In this document: positions 18,260-28,100 of the stretch, in pieces | Numbering within the stretch: the first letter of the stretch is position 1 | Layout: every line of letters starts with the position of its first letter | Assembly (NCBI GenBank): GCA_963716275.1 | Contig: CAVQTC010000002.1 | Coordinates: 96,897-160,896 of the forward strand | Reading direction: 5' to 3' | Length of the DNA: 64,000 nucleotides | Origin: an uncultured delta proteobacterium | GTDB taxonomy: Bacteria; Myxococcota_A; UBA9160; UBA6930 | Notes under the pieces: model-generated | Seen by the model: the letters and a program-made list of their open reading frames with translations, nothing else | What the model was told of the DNA's origin: nothing | The model's database searches: none | Made by a program: the position numbers and the translations under genes

Positions 18260-19665
18260 GCTTCGAGGCGGCGTCCGCGACGACCGTTCCCTCGAAGAAG
18301 CGCGGATTCGTCTCGCCGAACAGCCGCACCGCATTCTCGAACGCGAACGCCCGAAAGCTCGCCTCGTCGACGAGACCGTGCTCGACGAGCTCCCAGGCCT
18401 CCGGGAGCACGTCGCGGAAGTCGGGCACGTCCCAGTGTCCGATGTCCGAGGCGAACATCGCGTTCAGGCGCGTCGCGTAGGGGTTCACGCGCGTCGTCGA
18501 AGGCGAAGGCGTTGGTGGGATCGTCCGCCTCGCAGCCGAAGAAGTACTGGCGCGCGAAGACGTCGCGGACTTGCTCGGGGCGCTCGATGCCCGCCGCCGC
18601 GAACTCGTCGAGCGCAGCGCGGTTCTCGCTCGGGTCGGAGAGGAAGCCGAGCGCCTCGTCGAGCCGCCCCAGCCGCTCCCGGAAGCTCGCAGGCCCGTCC
18701 GCGCTCGATCCAGCGCGCGAGCGCGGCGCGATCGAGATTTGCCGGGTCGTAGTGCGCGATCGCCTCGCGGTTGCGCTTCTCGTAGTGCCCCAGGATGTCG
18801 GCGAAGAGCGTGCACGCCCACGCGACGCCGCCCTCGAGGAAGGCGAAGCGGAGCTCCGGGAAGCGCACCGGCACGCCGCCGAAGAAGAGCGAGCGCGCGA
18901 TCGGCCTCGCTCCCCGCCGCGAAGTTCCCGATGTGGTTCGCCACGTAGTTGGTGGGCGAGTTGCGGCTTCCGAAGCCGATCCCCGTCGAGTGGAAGGTGG
19001 GTGAGACGCCGAGCTCGCAGCAGCGCCGCCAGAGCGGGTCGTAGTCGTGGGCGCTGTCGAGCCCCAGGCCGTCCACCCAGCGCGCTGCGCGCACCCCCTC
19101 GTGCCCGGGCACCGCGCGCAGCACGAGGCCGCCCATCAGGAAGGCGCGCAGGCCGAGCTCCCGCACCGCGTGCTCGAGCTCGGCGATCGCCTCCTCCGGC
19201 GTGAAGGTCGGGATGATGCCCGACCGGGAGCAGGCGGTCCCGATAGGGGCCGTAACACTCGGCGTAGTAGCGGTTGCAGGCGCGCGCGAGCGCGCGGCGC
19301 AGCTCGTCGTCGTCGAGCGCCATCGGCACCAGCCCGAGCGTCGGATAGAGAATCGCGAGATCGATCCCGAGCTCGTCGAGCCGGGAGTAGAGGAGCTTCG
19401 GGAGGGTGGCCGTCGCGCGGTCGAGGGTGTTGCGGGCCGGGAGCCCCCACCAGCCGTGGCGCGCGAGGCCGAGGGAGCGCTTCGTGGCGACGTCGAGACC
19501 GCGCGTCGCGGCGGCCCCGCGCAGCACGCCCTCGAGGCGCTTCCCCACGTCGGCGCCGGCGAGCTCGACCACGAAGTCGCGCACCAGCGGGATGAACTCG
19601 AGCAGGTGGCCGTCGGCGTCGAGGACGGGGTGGCCCAGTCGCGAGCGGATTCCGGCGGCGTCCAC
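18243..19665 (-). CDS. amidohydrolase-2 family (PF04909-like) protein, multiply frameshifted
   Basis: Segments across the minus-strand frames read [56 protein letters not shown], and C-terminal [45 protein letters not shown] precedes the GTG start at 19665. Confidence 0.65.
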
Positions 19666-19725
19666 GGCGCTCCTCCGCCGCGAGTATGGCGTCGGGCTAT
19701 CCTGCGCGCCCTCGGAGGAATCGCA

Positions 19726-20500
19726 ATGAGTCTCGCGGGACGCGTGGCGCTGGTGACGGGCGGGAGTCGGGGGATCGGGCGCGGGATCGCCCTCGCGCTG
19801 GCCGAGGACGGGGCCGACATCGCCGTCAACTACCGGCGCGACGAGACCGCGGCCAAGGAGACCGTGGCCGCCATCGAGAAGCTCGGGCGGCGCGCGCGCG
19901 CGTACCAGGCCTCGATCGACTCCTACGAAGACGACCAGCGCATGGTCGAGGCCGCGGTCGCGCGACTTCGGCTTCGTCGACATCCTCGTGAACAACGCCG
20001 GCATCGCGAGCCGCGGCAACACCGTCGAGAAGACCGATCCCGCCGAGATGGAGCGCGTGGTGCGCACGCACGCCTTCGGCGCCCACCACCTGTGTCAGCT
20101 CGTGCTGCCGAGCATGAAGACGCGGCCGCGCGGCGACATCGTGATGATCTCGAGCGTGGCGACCCTCCACTACGGCGGCGGCGGCGCCCCCTACAACATG
20201 GGCAAGGCTGCCCTCGAGGCGCTGGCGTTCACGCTCGCCAAAGAAGTCCGCCACCGCGGAATACGCGTGAACGTCGTGGCCCCCGGGCTGGTCGAGACGG
20301 AGATGGGGCGCCGGCTCGCCAAGGCGACGCAAGGCGTGCAAGACCTCCGCGAGCTCGACGCAGCGATGCCGTTCGGACGGGTGTGTCAGCCCGAAGACGT
20401 GGCCAACGCGGTGCGCTTCCTGGTCTCGGAGCGCGGCTCCTACATCACCGGCGAGAAGATCAACGTCTACGGCGGCGGGCAAGAAGCGCGGAGGAGCTGA
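19726..20500 (+). CDS. SDR family oxidoreductase, with a frameshift near 19970
   Basis: [34 protein letters not shown]..., then NNAGIASRG...[11 protein letters not shown]...[11 protein letters not shown] in ORF 19988..20500. GGAGGA RBS. Confidence 0.8.
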
Positions 20501-20583
20501 GGAGGTCGGGACGGACCGGGCGGCGGACGCTCGGTCCTCTGGTGGCGCTCTCGCTCCATGCTCGGGGACGCCAGCGGTCAAGC

Positions 20584-20900
20584 GAACGTCGTAACGAGAA
20601 CCCCGCAGCCTGCCTGCTGCGGTTACTTCCGCTCGAGCGCCACCACACCGTCCCTCGCGTCAGCCGCCCGTCCAGAGCCTCGCGCTACGCATTCAGAGCA
20701 GAGGTCGCGGTCGCGCGCCTTCGAGGCGCGCGGACCGCGACGCGCGTGTCGCTTCGCTCGGCTCGACGCCGAGCGAAGCGACACCCAATTCTAAGAGTGG
20801 ATATCGGAGAGCCGCCGAAGCGGGCGCGTCGCGAGCGACGGTGTGGTGCCGCTCGAGCGGAAGTAAAGCGCAGCAGGAAGCGCAGCGTTACGACTCGTTC
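20584..20900. repeat. MITE-like element: about 75-bp imperfect terminal inverted repeats flanking internal hairpins, including a perfect 16-bp stem at 20746-20784
   Basis: Left arm GAACGTCGTAACG...CTGCTGCGGTTACTTCCGCTCGAGCGCCACCACACCGTCCCTCGCG matches the reverse complement of 20830-20900 at about 85% identity. It sits in the convergent gap between the SDR and the P450. Confidence 0.5.
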
Positions 20901-20992
20901 CGATCCGACCGTTTGCATGACGCCCCAGCGGATCGCGCGAGCCATGGAGCGAGAGCGGCACCAGAGGAGCGAGCGACGCGCCCGCTTGGCGG

Positions 20993-22249
20993 CTACCGCA
21001 CCGCCTCGAACTCGATCGGCATGCTCTCGATGCCGAGCACGAAGGTGCCGCGGCGGCGGGGCAGGGGACGCGCCGGATCGGCGAGGCGGATCTCCGGCAT
21101 CCGCGCGAGCAGCTCCTCGAAGAGCACTCTCAGCTCGAGCCGCGCGAGCTGCGCCCCGAGGCAGTGGTGGCGGCCGAAGCCGCCGAAGGCGACGTGATCG
21201 TTCGGCTGGCGCGCGATGTCGAAGTCGAAGGGCCGCTCGAAGACTTGCTCGTCGCGGTTCGCGGAGGGGTAGAGCAGCAGCAGCCGGTCGCCGGCGCGGA
21301 TCTTCTGACCGGCGAGCTCGGTGTCGCGCGTGGCGGTGCGATTCATGTTCTGGATCGGCGTCACCCAGCGCAGCATCTCCTCCACCGCGCTCGGGATCAG
21401 CGTGGGCTCCTTGCGCAGGCGCGCGAGCTGGTCTGGATGGCGCAGCAGCGCCTCGAGCCCTCCCGAGATCACGTGGCGGGTGGTCTCGTCGCCTCCCACG
21501 AGGATCAGCATCGTCTCGAAGATCAGGTCGTTCTCGGTGAGACGCTCTCCCTCGACCTCGGCATTTACGACGAGACTGACGAGGTCCTCTCCGGCGCCAC
21601 CCCGACGCTGCGCGATCAGCGCATTGATGTACGTGGCGTACTCGAGCACGGCAGTGCGGATCTGATCGAGCTGCTCTTCGCCGCCGCCGGCGGCGAACAG
21701 ATCCGACCAGTGCAGCAGCTTCTCGTGGTCGGCCTCGGCGAGGCCCATCAGCTCGCCGATCATGTACATGGGCAGCGGCGTCGCGATCTCGCGCACGAAG
21801 TCGCAGGCGCCGCGCGTCGCCACGGCGTCGATCAGCTCGTTCACCTTGCGCCGCAGGTAGGGCTCGTGGTCCTGGACGCGCCGCTGGGTGAAGCCGGCCG
21901 ACACGATGCGGCGGCGCAGCACGTGCTGCGGGGGATCCATGTTGATCATGCTGGGCACCGAGCTGTCCGGGCGTGAGCCCGAGCCCGAGCAGAAGGTCTC
22001 CCACTCGCGCGCGACGAACATGAGGTCCGCGTGGCGAGTTACGCCCCAGATGCCGGTGGCATCGTCCCAGTAGACCGGCGCGTGCGCCCGCATCCAAGCG
22101 AGCCGCTCGTGCGGGTCGGCGTAGAAGTCGGCCGAGAGCAGGCGGATGTCGGCGCGCGTCGGATGCGCGGCGGCACGCGTCCCCGCGCGGTCGAGCTTCA
22201 CGCGGTATTGATTCTCGTCCTCCGGCCGCTGCGTCTCCGCGCTCGCCAT
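20993..22249 (-). CDS. cytochrome P450 (intact)
   Basis: ORF 20993..22249 with [18 protein letters not shown] and the heme loop [18 protein letters not shown]. Confidence 0.9.
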   Translation of the reverse strand: MASAETQRPEDENQYRVKLDRAGTRAAAHPTRADIRLLSADFYADPHERLAWMRAHAPVYWDDATGIWGVTRHADLMFVAREWETFCSGSGSRPDSSVPSMINMDPPQHVLRRRIVSAGFTQRRVQDHEPYLRRKVNELIDAVATRGACDFVREIATPLPMYMIGELMGLAEADHEKLLHWSDLFAAGGGEEQLDQIRTAVLEYATYINALIAQRRGGAGEDLVSLVVNAEVEGERLTENDLIFETMLILVGGDETTRHVISGGLEALLRHPDQLARLRKEPTLIPSAVEEMLRWVTPIQNMNRTATRDTELAGQKIRAGDRLLLLYPSANRDEQVFERPFDFDIARQPNDHVAFGGFGRHHCLGAQLARLELRVLFEELLARMPEIRLADPARPLPRRRGTFVLGIESMPIEFEAVR

Positions 22250-22502
22250 GGATCCTCCGCGTTCCCCCCAGGACCCTTAGCACCTCGTGTCGGGGCTCGG
22301 CTCACGAGCGCGCAACCGAAGGGCCGAGCCCGCGACTCCACAGGGGAAACCGGCAGCGCCGGCTGCCCGGCCGCGTGGCCGACTCCCGCGGGCTGGCGCC
22401 GCACGCAACTCAGTCGTTCACCCGGGCCTGCGTTCTGCCGATTCGACTGCCGTGAACGTGTGTGCATCGCCCCAGGAATGCGCGCGCGCGGGGTGGAGCC
22501 CC

Positions 22503-23502
22503 GTGCGCGCAGCGCGCGCTGCTTTGCTCGCGCTCGCGCTGTCGCTCGCCCCGCAGATTGCGGTCGCGGTCGGCACCGCCGCCGGCACGAGCATCAGCAA
22601 CACCGCCAGCGTCACGGCGGACGTGGGCGGGACCTCGGTCAGCGCGAGCAGCGCCGCGAGCGTGGTCGTGGTCGCCGAGCGGATCGACGTCGACGTGAGC
22701 CTGCTCAGCGTCGGCAACGTGCTGACGACCTCGCCGGCGACAGGGCAGGTCCTCACCTACCGCGTCACCAACACGGGCAACGGCATCGACTCGTTCGCCC
22801 TGACCGGCGACAGCACGCTGGTCGGCGACGACTTCGACCCGGTGCTCGGCAGCATCTACCTCGACGCGAACGCCAACGGCATCTACGACGCCGGCGTCGA
22901 CACGCTCTACCAGCCCGGCGTCAACGACCCGCAGCTCGACGCGAGCGTGCCCACCGCCGACGACGTGGTGGTGTTCGTGCTCAACGACATCCCCGCCGCT
23001 CTCCCGAGCGGCCAGCTCGGCGCGAGCCGGCTGCGCGCGGCCTCACGCACGACGACCGGCGCTCCCGGCAGCGTGCTGGCCGGAGCGGGCGACGGCGGGA
23101 CGGACGCCATCGTCGGGCTCTCGGGCGGCGACGACGAGGACCAGGGCCTCTATCAGGTCTCCACCGTCACCCTCGCAGTCGCCAAGTCCTCGAGCGTGCT
23201 CGACGCCTTCGGCGGCACGCAAGCGATCCCCGGCTCGACGATCACCTACACGCTCGCCGCGACCGTGAGCGGCACGGGCACCGCCGCGCGCCGTGAGCGT
23301 GAGCGACGTGATCCCCGCCAACACGACCTACGTGCCCGGCTCGCTGACGCGCAACGGGTCGCCGCTCACCGACGCGAGCGACGCGCCCACCGACGACGCG
23401 GACTTCAACGTGACCACGCCCAACGGAATCACCGTGGGGCTCGGGAATCTGCCGGCCGGGGGGCCGGCCGAGACGATCACCTTCCAGGTGACGATCAATT
23501 AG
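22503..23502 (+). CDS. secreted DUF11/TIGR01451-type repeat-domain protein A, with a frameshift near 23280
   Basis: Signal peptide (VRAARAALLALALSLAPQIAVA), then GTSISNTASVTADVGG, VLTYRVTNTGNGIDSFALTG, IYLDANANGIYDAGVDT, and C-terminal ...TITFQVTIN in ORF 23293..23502. Confidence 0.6.
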
Positions 23503-23512
23503 GGAGGCATAC

Positions 23513-23998
23513 ATGAAGCGATGGGTCCGACCCTGCGCGGCGCTGGTCGCCGCGCTGCTCGGCGCCGCGGGCGCGGCCGCCGAGACCGGCAAGCTCGAGC
23601 TCCACGCGCGCGCGGAGAAGCGCGTGGCCGTGGCGCTGCCCGACGGCACCACGAGCGAGCAGTTCGTGCCGATCGGGAAAGTCGTGCCGGGCGACGTCGT
23701 CGCCTACACGATCGACGCCCAGAACGTCTCCGGGAAGAACGCGGACGCGGTGGTGATCACCGATCCGATTCCCACTGAGATGGAGTACGTCTCCGCCGAC
23801 CCGGCGGGCGCCGAGCTCCTGTTCTCGGTGGACGGCGGCTTCAAGTTCGACCGCCCCGAGAACCTGTACGTGACGGCACAGGACGGCACGCGCCGCCTCG
23901 CCAGCGCCGGCGACTACACCCACATCCGCTGGGTGTTCGCCGCTCCGTTCGCACCGGCCGAGCGCCGGTCGGTGCGCTTCCTCGCGAAGCTCGAGTAG
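23513..23998 (+). CDS. secreted DUF11 domain protein B (161 aa)
   Basis: Signal peptide MKRWVRPCAALVAALLGAAGAAA. DUF11-like GDVVAYTIDAQNVSGKNADAVVITDPIPTEMEYV. GGGAGG RBS. Confidence 0.7.
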   Translation: MKRWVRPCAALVAALLGAAGAAAETGKLELHARAEKRVAVALPDGTTSEQFVPIGKVVPGDVVAYTIDAQNVSGKNADAVVITDPIPTEMEYVSADPAGAELLFSVDGGFKFDRPENLYVTAQDGTRRLASAGDYTHIRWVFAAPFAPAERRSVRFLAKLE

Positions 23999-24037
23999 CG
24001 ACGCGGGATTTCCGTGCAACTCAACAAGGAGAACCCC

Positions 24038-25156
24038 ATGCATCGGGAGAACGTGATGCGCGGTGTCGCCAGGGTGGTCCTGGCGTCGCTCGCGCTCGGA
24101 ATTGCAGGCACGCAGGGTGCCAGCGCGGCCGGCACGGATGCCGGCACCGTGGTCAGCAACTCGGCCACGGTCAACTACAACGTCGGGGCGACGGCGCAAG
24201 CGCCGGTCAACTCGCTGGCGGTGACCTTCGTGGTCGACGATCGCGTCGACCTCACGGTGGTCGAGCTGTCGGGCGGCTACACGGCCGTGGCGGCGAACGG
24301 CACCAACGAGGTGCTCACCTACACCGTCACGAACACCGGCAACGGCATCCACGACTTCCTGCTGACGCGGGCGGACAACGCCACCGATCCTTTCGGTGGC
24401 ACGGACAACTTCAACGCCACGCCGGTCAGCATCATCGTGGATAGCAACGCGAACAACGTCTACGACGCCGGGACCGACACGGCGACGTACATCGACGAGC
24501 TCGGCAACGGCCAGGCTCGCGCGGTGTTCGTGCTGAGCAACATCGGCGCGCAGGCGAGCGGCGACATCTCGGCCGTCACGCTGACCGCGCAGGTCGCGCA
24601 GGGCGGCACGGCCGGCGTCCAGGGCGCGGCGATCGCCACGGACGACGCCGCGGTCGCGGACACGGCGGGCACGGTGCAGATCGTGTTCGCGGACGCCACG
24701 GGCGACACCGACGCGCTGCACGACGGTCGCCACAGCGACACCGACGCCTACCTGGTCGGCGCCGCCACGGTGACGGTGACGAAGACCTCGGCCGTGATCC
24801 TCGACCCGATCAACGGTGCGCTGAACCCGAAGGCGATTCCGGGCGCGACGGTGGAGTACACCGTCACGGTCTCGAACACGGCGGGTTCCTCGGCGACGGC
24901 CACCAACGTGGTCATCACCGACAGCCTCGCCGCCGAGATCACTGCAGGCAGCGTGGCCTTCGGGACGAACGGCTACGGCGCTGCGCAGGGCATCCAGGTC
25001 ACGGCGCCGAACATCAACGGCGGGGTGGCCACCAACCTGAGCAACTTGGCCGATGCGGACCAGGGCGACTTCTCGGCGAACGTGGTGACCGTCAACGGCA
25101 TCACGCTGGCGCCGAACCAGAGCGCCACGGTCAAGTTCCAGGTCGTGATCCAGTAA
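24038..25156 (+). CDS. secreted DUF11/TIGR01451-type repeat-domain protein C (paralog of A)
   Basis: AAGGAGAA RBS. Signal peptide, then GTVVSNSATVNYNVG, VLTYTVTNTGNGIHDFLLT, IIVDSNANNVYDAGTDT, VEYTVTVSNTAGSSATATNVVITD. Confidence 0.7.
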   Translation: MHRENVMRGVARVVLASLALGIAGTQGASAAGTDAGTVVSNSATVNYNVGATAQAPVNSLAVTFVVDDRVDLTVVELSGGYTAVAANGTNEVLTYTVTNTGNGIHDFLLTRADNATDPFGGTDNFNATPVSIIVDSNANNVYDAGTDTATYIDELGNGQARAVFVLSNIGAQASGDISAVTLTAQVAQGGTAGVQGAAIATDDAAVADTAGTVQIVFADATGDTDALHDGRHSDTDAYLVGAATVTVTKTSAVILDPINGALNPKAIPGATVEYTVTVSNTAGSSATATNVVITDSLAAEITAGSVAFGTNGYGAAQGIQVTAPNINGGVATNLSNLADADQGDFSANVVTVNGITLAPNQSATVKFQVVIQ

Positions 25157-25161
25157 CACCC

Positions 25162-28100
25162 GTGAGCGCACGGCTCACCCTCTCGATGCACGGTCCCCGA
25201 CGGGCCCGCGCGGAGTCCTCGCGACTCCGCGCGCGGCCCGGCCGGGGCTCTCCGTCTTCGCGCTGGGCGAGCCTCCTCTGCGCGTGGCTGGTGGCGGTGC
25301 TCGCGGCCGCCGCCAGCTACGCGCAGACGCCGCCTGGCACGGTGATCACCAACACCGCGCAGGCGGTCTTCACGCCGCCCGGCGGCGTTCCGACCAACGT
25401 CGCGTCCAACGCGGACACGATCACCACGGGGGGCCAGCGCACGCCCTCCGCGACCCAGCTCTTCCACTACGCGCCGGGCAGCGCCGGCGCGATCTCGACC
25501 GCCGTGGGCGCCGGCATGTGCAGCACGAGCGGCGCGGCGGCCGGGCCCTTCGTCGCGACGCCCAATCCCACGAACCTCTCGGGCGGCGCGATCAACCTCG
25601 GCAACCCCGTCGAGCTCCTCGCCGGCGGCGCCTTCCATCAGACCGAGGCGCTGTTCGTGCGCGTGCGCGATCCGGATCAGAATCTCGATCCGCTCAGCGC
25701 CGAGAACGTGCTCGTCTCGCTGGTCTCGGTCACGACCGGCGACCAGGAGTGGATTCGCGTCGCCGAGACCGGCGCGAACACCGGCGAGTTCGTCGGCTAC
25801 CTGATGCTCGGGCCGCCGCCGGCGGTCTCGGGCGATTGCCGCCTCTCCGTCGTCGCGGGCGAGACGTTCCGCGCCGACTACACGGATCCGGCCGACGGCG
25901 CCGACAGCTCGGCGAACGCTGCGCTCGTGGACCCGCTCGGCATCGTCTTCGACAGCCAGACGGGAGCGCCCATCGACGGCGCGAGCGTCACGCTGATCGA
26001 CTCCGCGAGCGGGCTCCCCGCCACGGTGTTCGGCGACGACGGCGTCTCGAGCTTCCCTGCCACGGTGACCTCGGGCGGCACCGCCAGCGACTCGGGCGGG
26101 ACGCTCTACACCTTCGCCCCGGGCCAGTACCGCTTCCCCTTCGTCGCGCCCGGGCAGCTATCGCCTCCAGATCGTCCCGCCGCCCGGCTACGGCTTCCCG
26201 TCGATCGTGCCGGACGTCGCGCTCCAGCTCCTGCCGGGCGCGCCCTTCGCGCTCGGCCCCGGCTCGCGCGGCAACGACTTCGTCGTGCCGCTCGGCCCCA
26301 TCTTCCAGGTGGACGTGCCCCTCGATGCCGCGGGCACCGGCGCGGGCCTGACGCTCAGCAAGCGCGCGAATCGCGCCACCGCCGGCATCGGCCAGTTCGT
26401 CCAGTACGTGCTCGAGCTCTCGGCGCCGGGCGGCAGCGCGGGCAACCCGCTCGTCCTCGACGACCGGCTGCCGCGCGGCTTCCGCTACGAGGAGGGCTCG
26501 CTGCGCCTCGATGGCCAACCGGCGCCGGAGCCCACCATCAGCAACAAGGGTCGGCGCCTCACGGTGCCGCTGCCCGCACTCGCGCCGGGCGGGCGCGTCG
26601 AGATCCGCTACGTGACGCGCATCGGCTCGAGCGCGACCGGCGGCGAGGCGCGCAACGACGCGATCGTGCGCGGCGGCGTGATCGCCTCGAACCCCGCGCG
26701 CGCGAGCGTCCAGGTGATGGCGGATCTCATCACTCAGCGCGCCACCCTGATGGGCCGCGTGATGGAGGGCAGCTGCGACTCGCCGGCCCTCGACGAGCAC
26801 GCGGGGGTCGCGGGCGTGCGCGTATTCCTCGAGGACGGCACCTACACGGTCACCGACGACCAGGGCCGCTTCCACTTCCCGCTGGTGTCGCCCGCGACGC
26901 ACGTCGTCCAGCTCGACACCCAGACGCTGCCCGACGGCCTCTACGCGATGCCCTGCAGCAGCAGCGACTTCGCGGATCGACCCTACTCCCAGTTCGTGGA
27001 GCCCCAGGCGGGAGCGCTCTGGCGGACCGACTTCTTCGTCGGCCGCATGGCGAGCTCGCGCGGCCTCCACCAGCGCCTCACGGTCACGCCTGGCGAGGGC
27101 AAGCAGACGCTCGAGCTGCGCGTCGAGGCGGGCGGCGCTGCGCTCGAGGGGTTGGCCGCCACCCTGATGCTTCCGGACGGCGTCACGCCGCTGCCCGGTA
27201 CGCTGGTCGTCGACGGCCCCGGCGCGGCGCTCGATGCGACCAGCCCCACGCCGCTCGTGCGCGCGCCCACGCTCTCGCCGGGCCAGGCGGTGACGCTGCG
27301 GCTCGACGTGGCGGGCGCGCCGACGCAGCAAGTGAGCTCCTTCGCGCGCGCAAAGCGCGAAGGCGGCGGCGGCGTCCAGACGCCCGTGGCGACCGCCACG
27401 CTCGCGGAGGCCCACACCTTCCTGCAGAGCGCGAGCTGGGAGAACGAGCCCGCCGCGGAGAAGCTCGCCGAGGAGGCGCCGCCCGAGGCCGCCTTCGACG
27501 GGGCCTGGCTCGCGCAGGCCGCCCCGGCCACGCGCTGGCTCTACCCGGACGCCGGCGCCATCCCGAAGATCCCGTCCGTCAATCTCGGCGTCCAGCACGA
27601 CCCGGCGCTGCGCGTGCGGCTCTTCCGCAACGGCAAGCTCGTCGACCCGCTGAACTTCGAGGGCACCGAGCGGAACCCCGCGAAGACGGTCGCGGTGAGC
27701 CGCTGGCGCGGCGTCGATCTCGAGGAAGGGCCCAATACCTTCAGCGCCGAGCTGCTCGACGAGGGCGGTGGGCTGCGCGAGCGCCTCCAATACATGATCC
27801 ACTACTCGGGCCCGCCGGTGCGCGGCGAGCTGATGCCGAGCCTGTCGCACCTGGTGGCCGACGGCCGCGAGACGCCCGTGATCGCGGTGCGGCTCTTCGA
27901 CCGCTGGGGCCGGCCGGTGCGCGAGGGCATCAGCGGCCCGCTGCGCGTCGCGCCGCCGCACCAGGCGAAGGAGACGGTCGAGGCCGCGCGCGAGCGCCAG
28001 CTCGCGATGCCGGATCTCGGCGCCACGAGCTTCGTGGTCGGCCGCGGCGGCATCGCGCGCATCGAGCTCGAGCCCACCACGAACGTCGGGCGCTTCGCGG

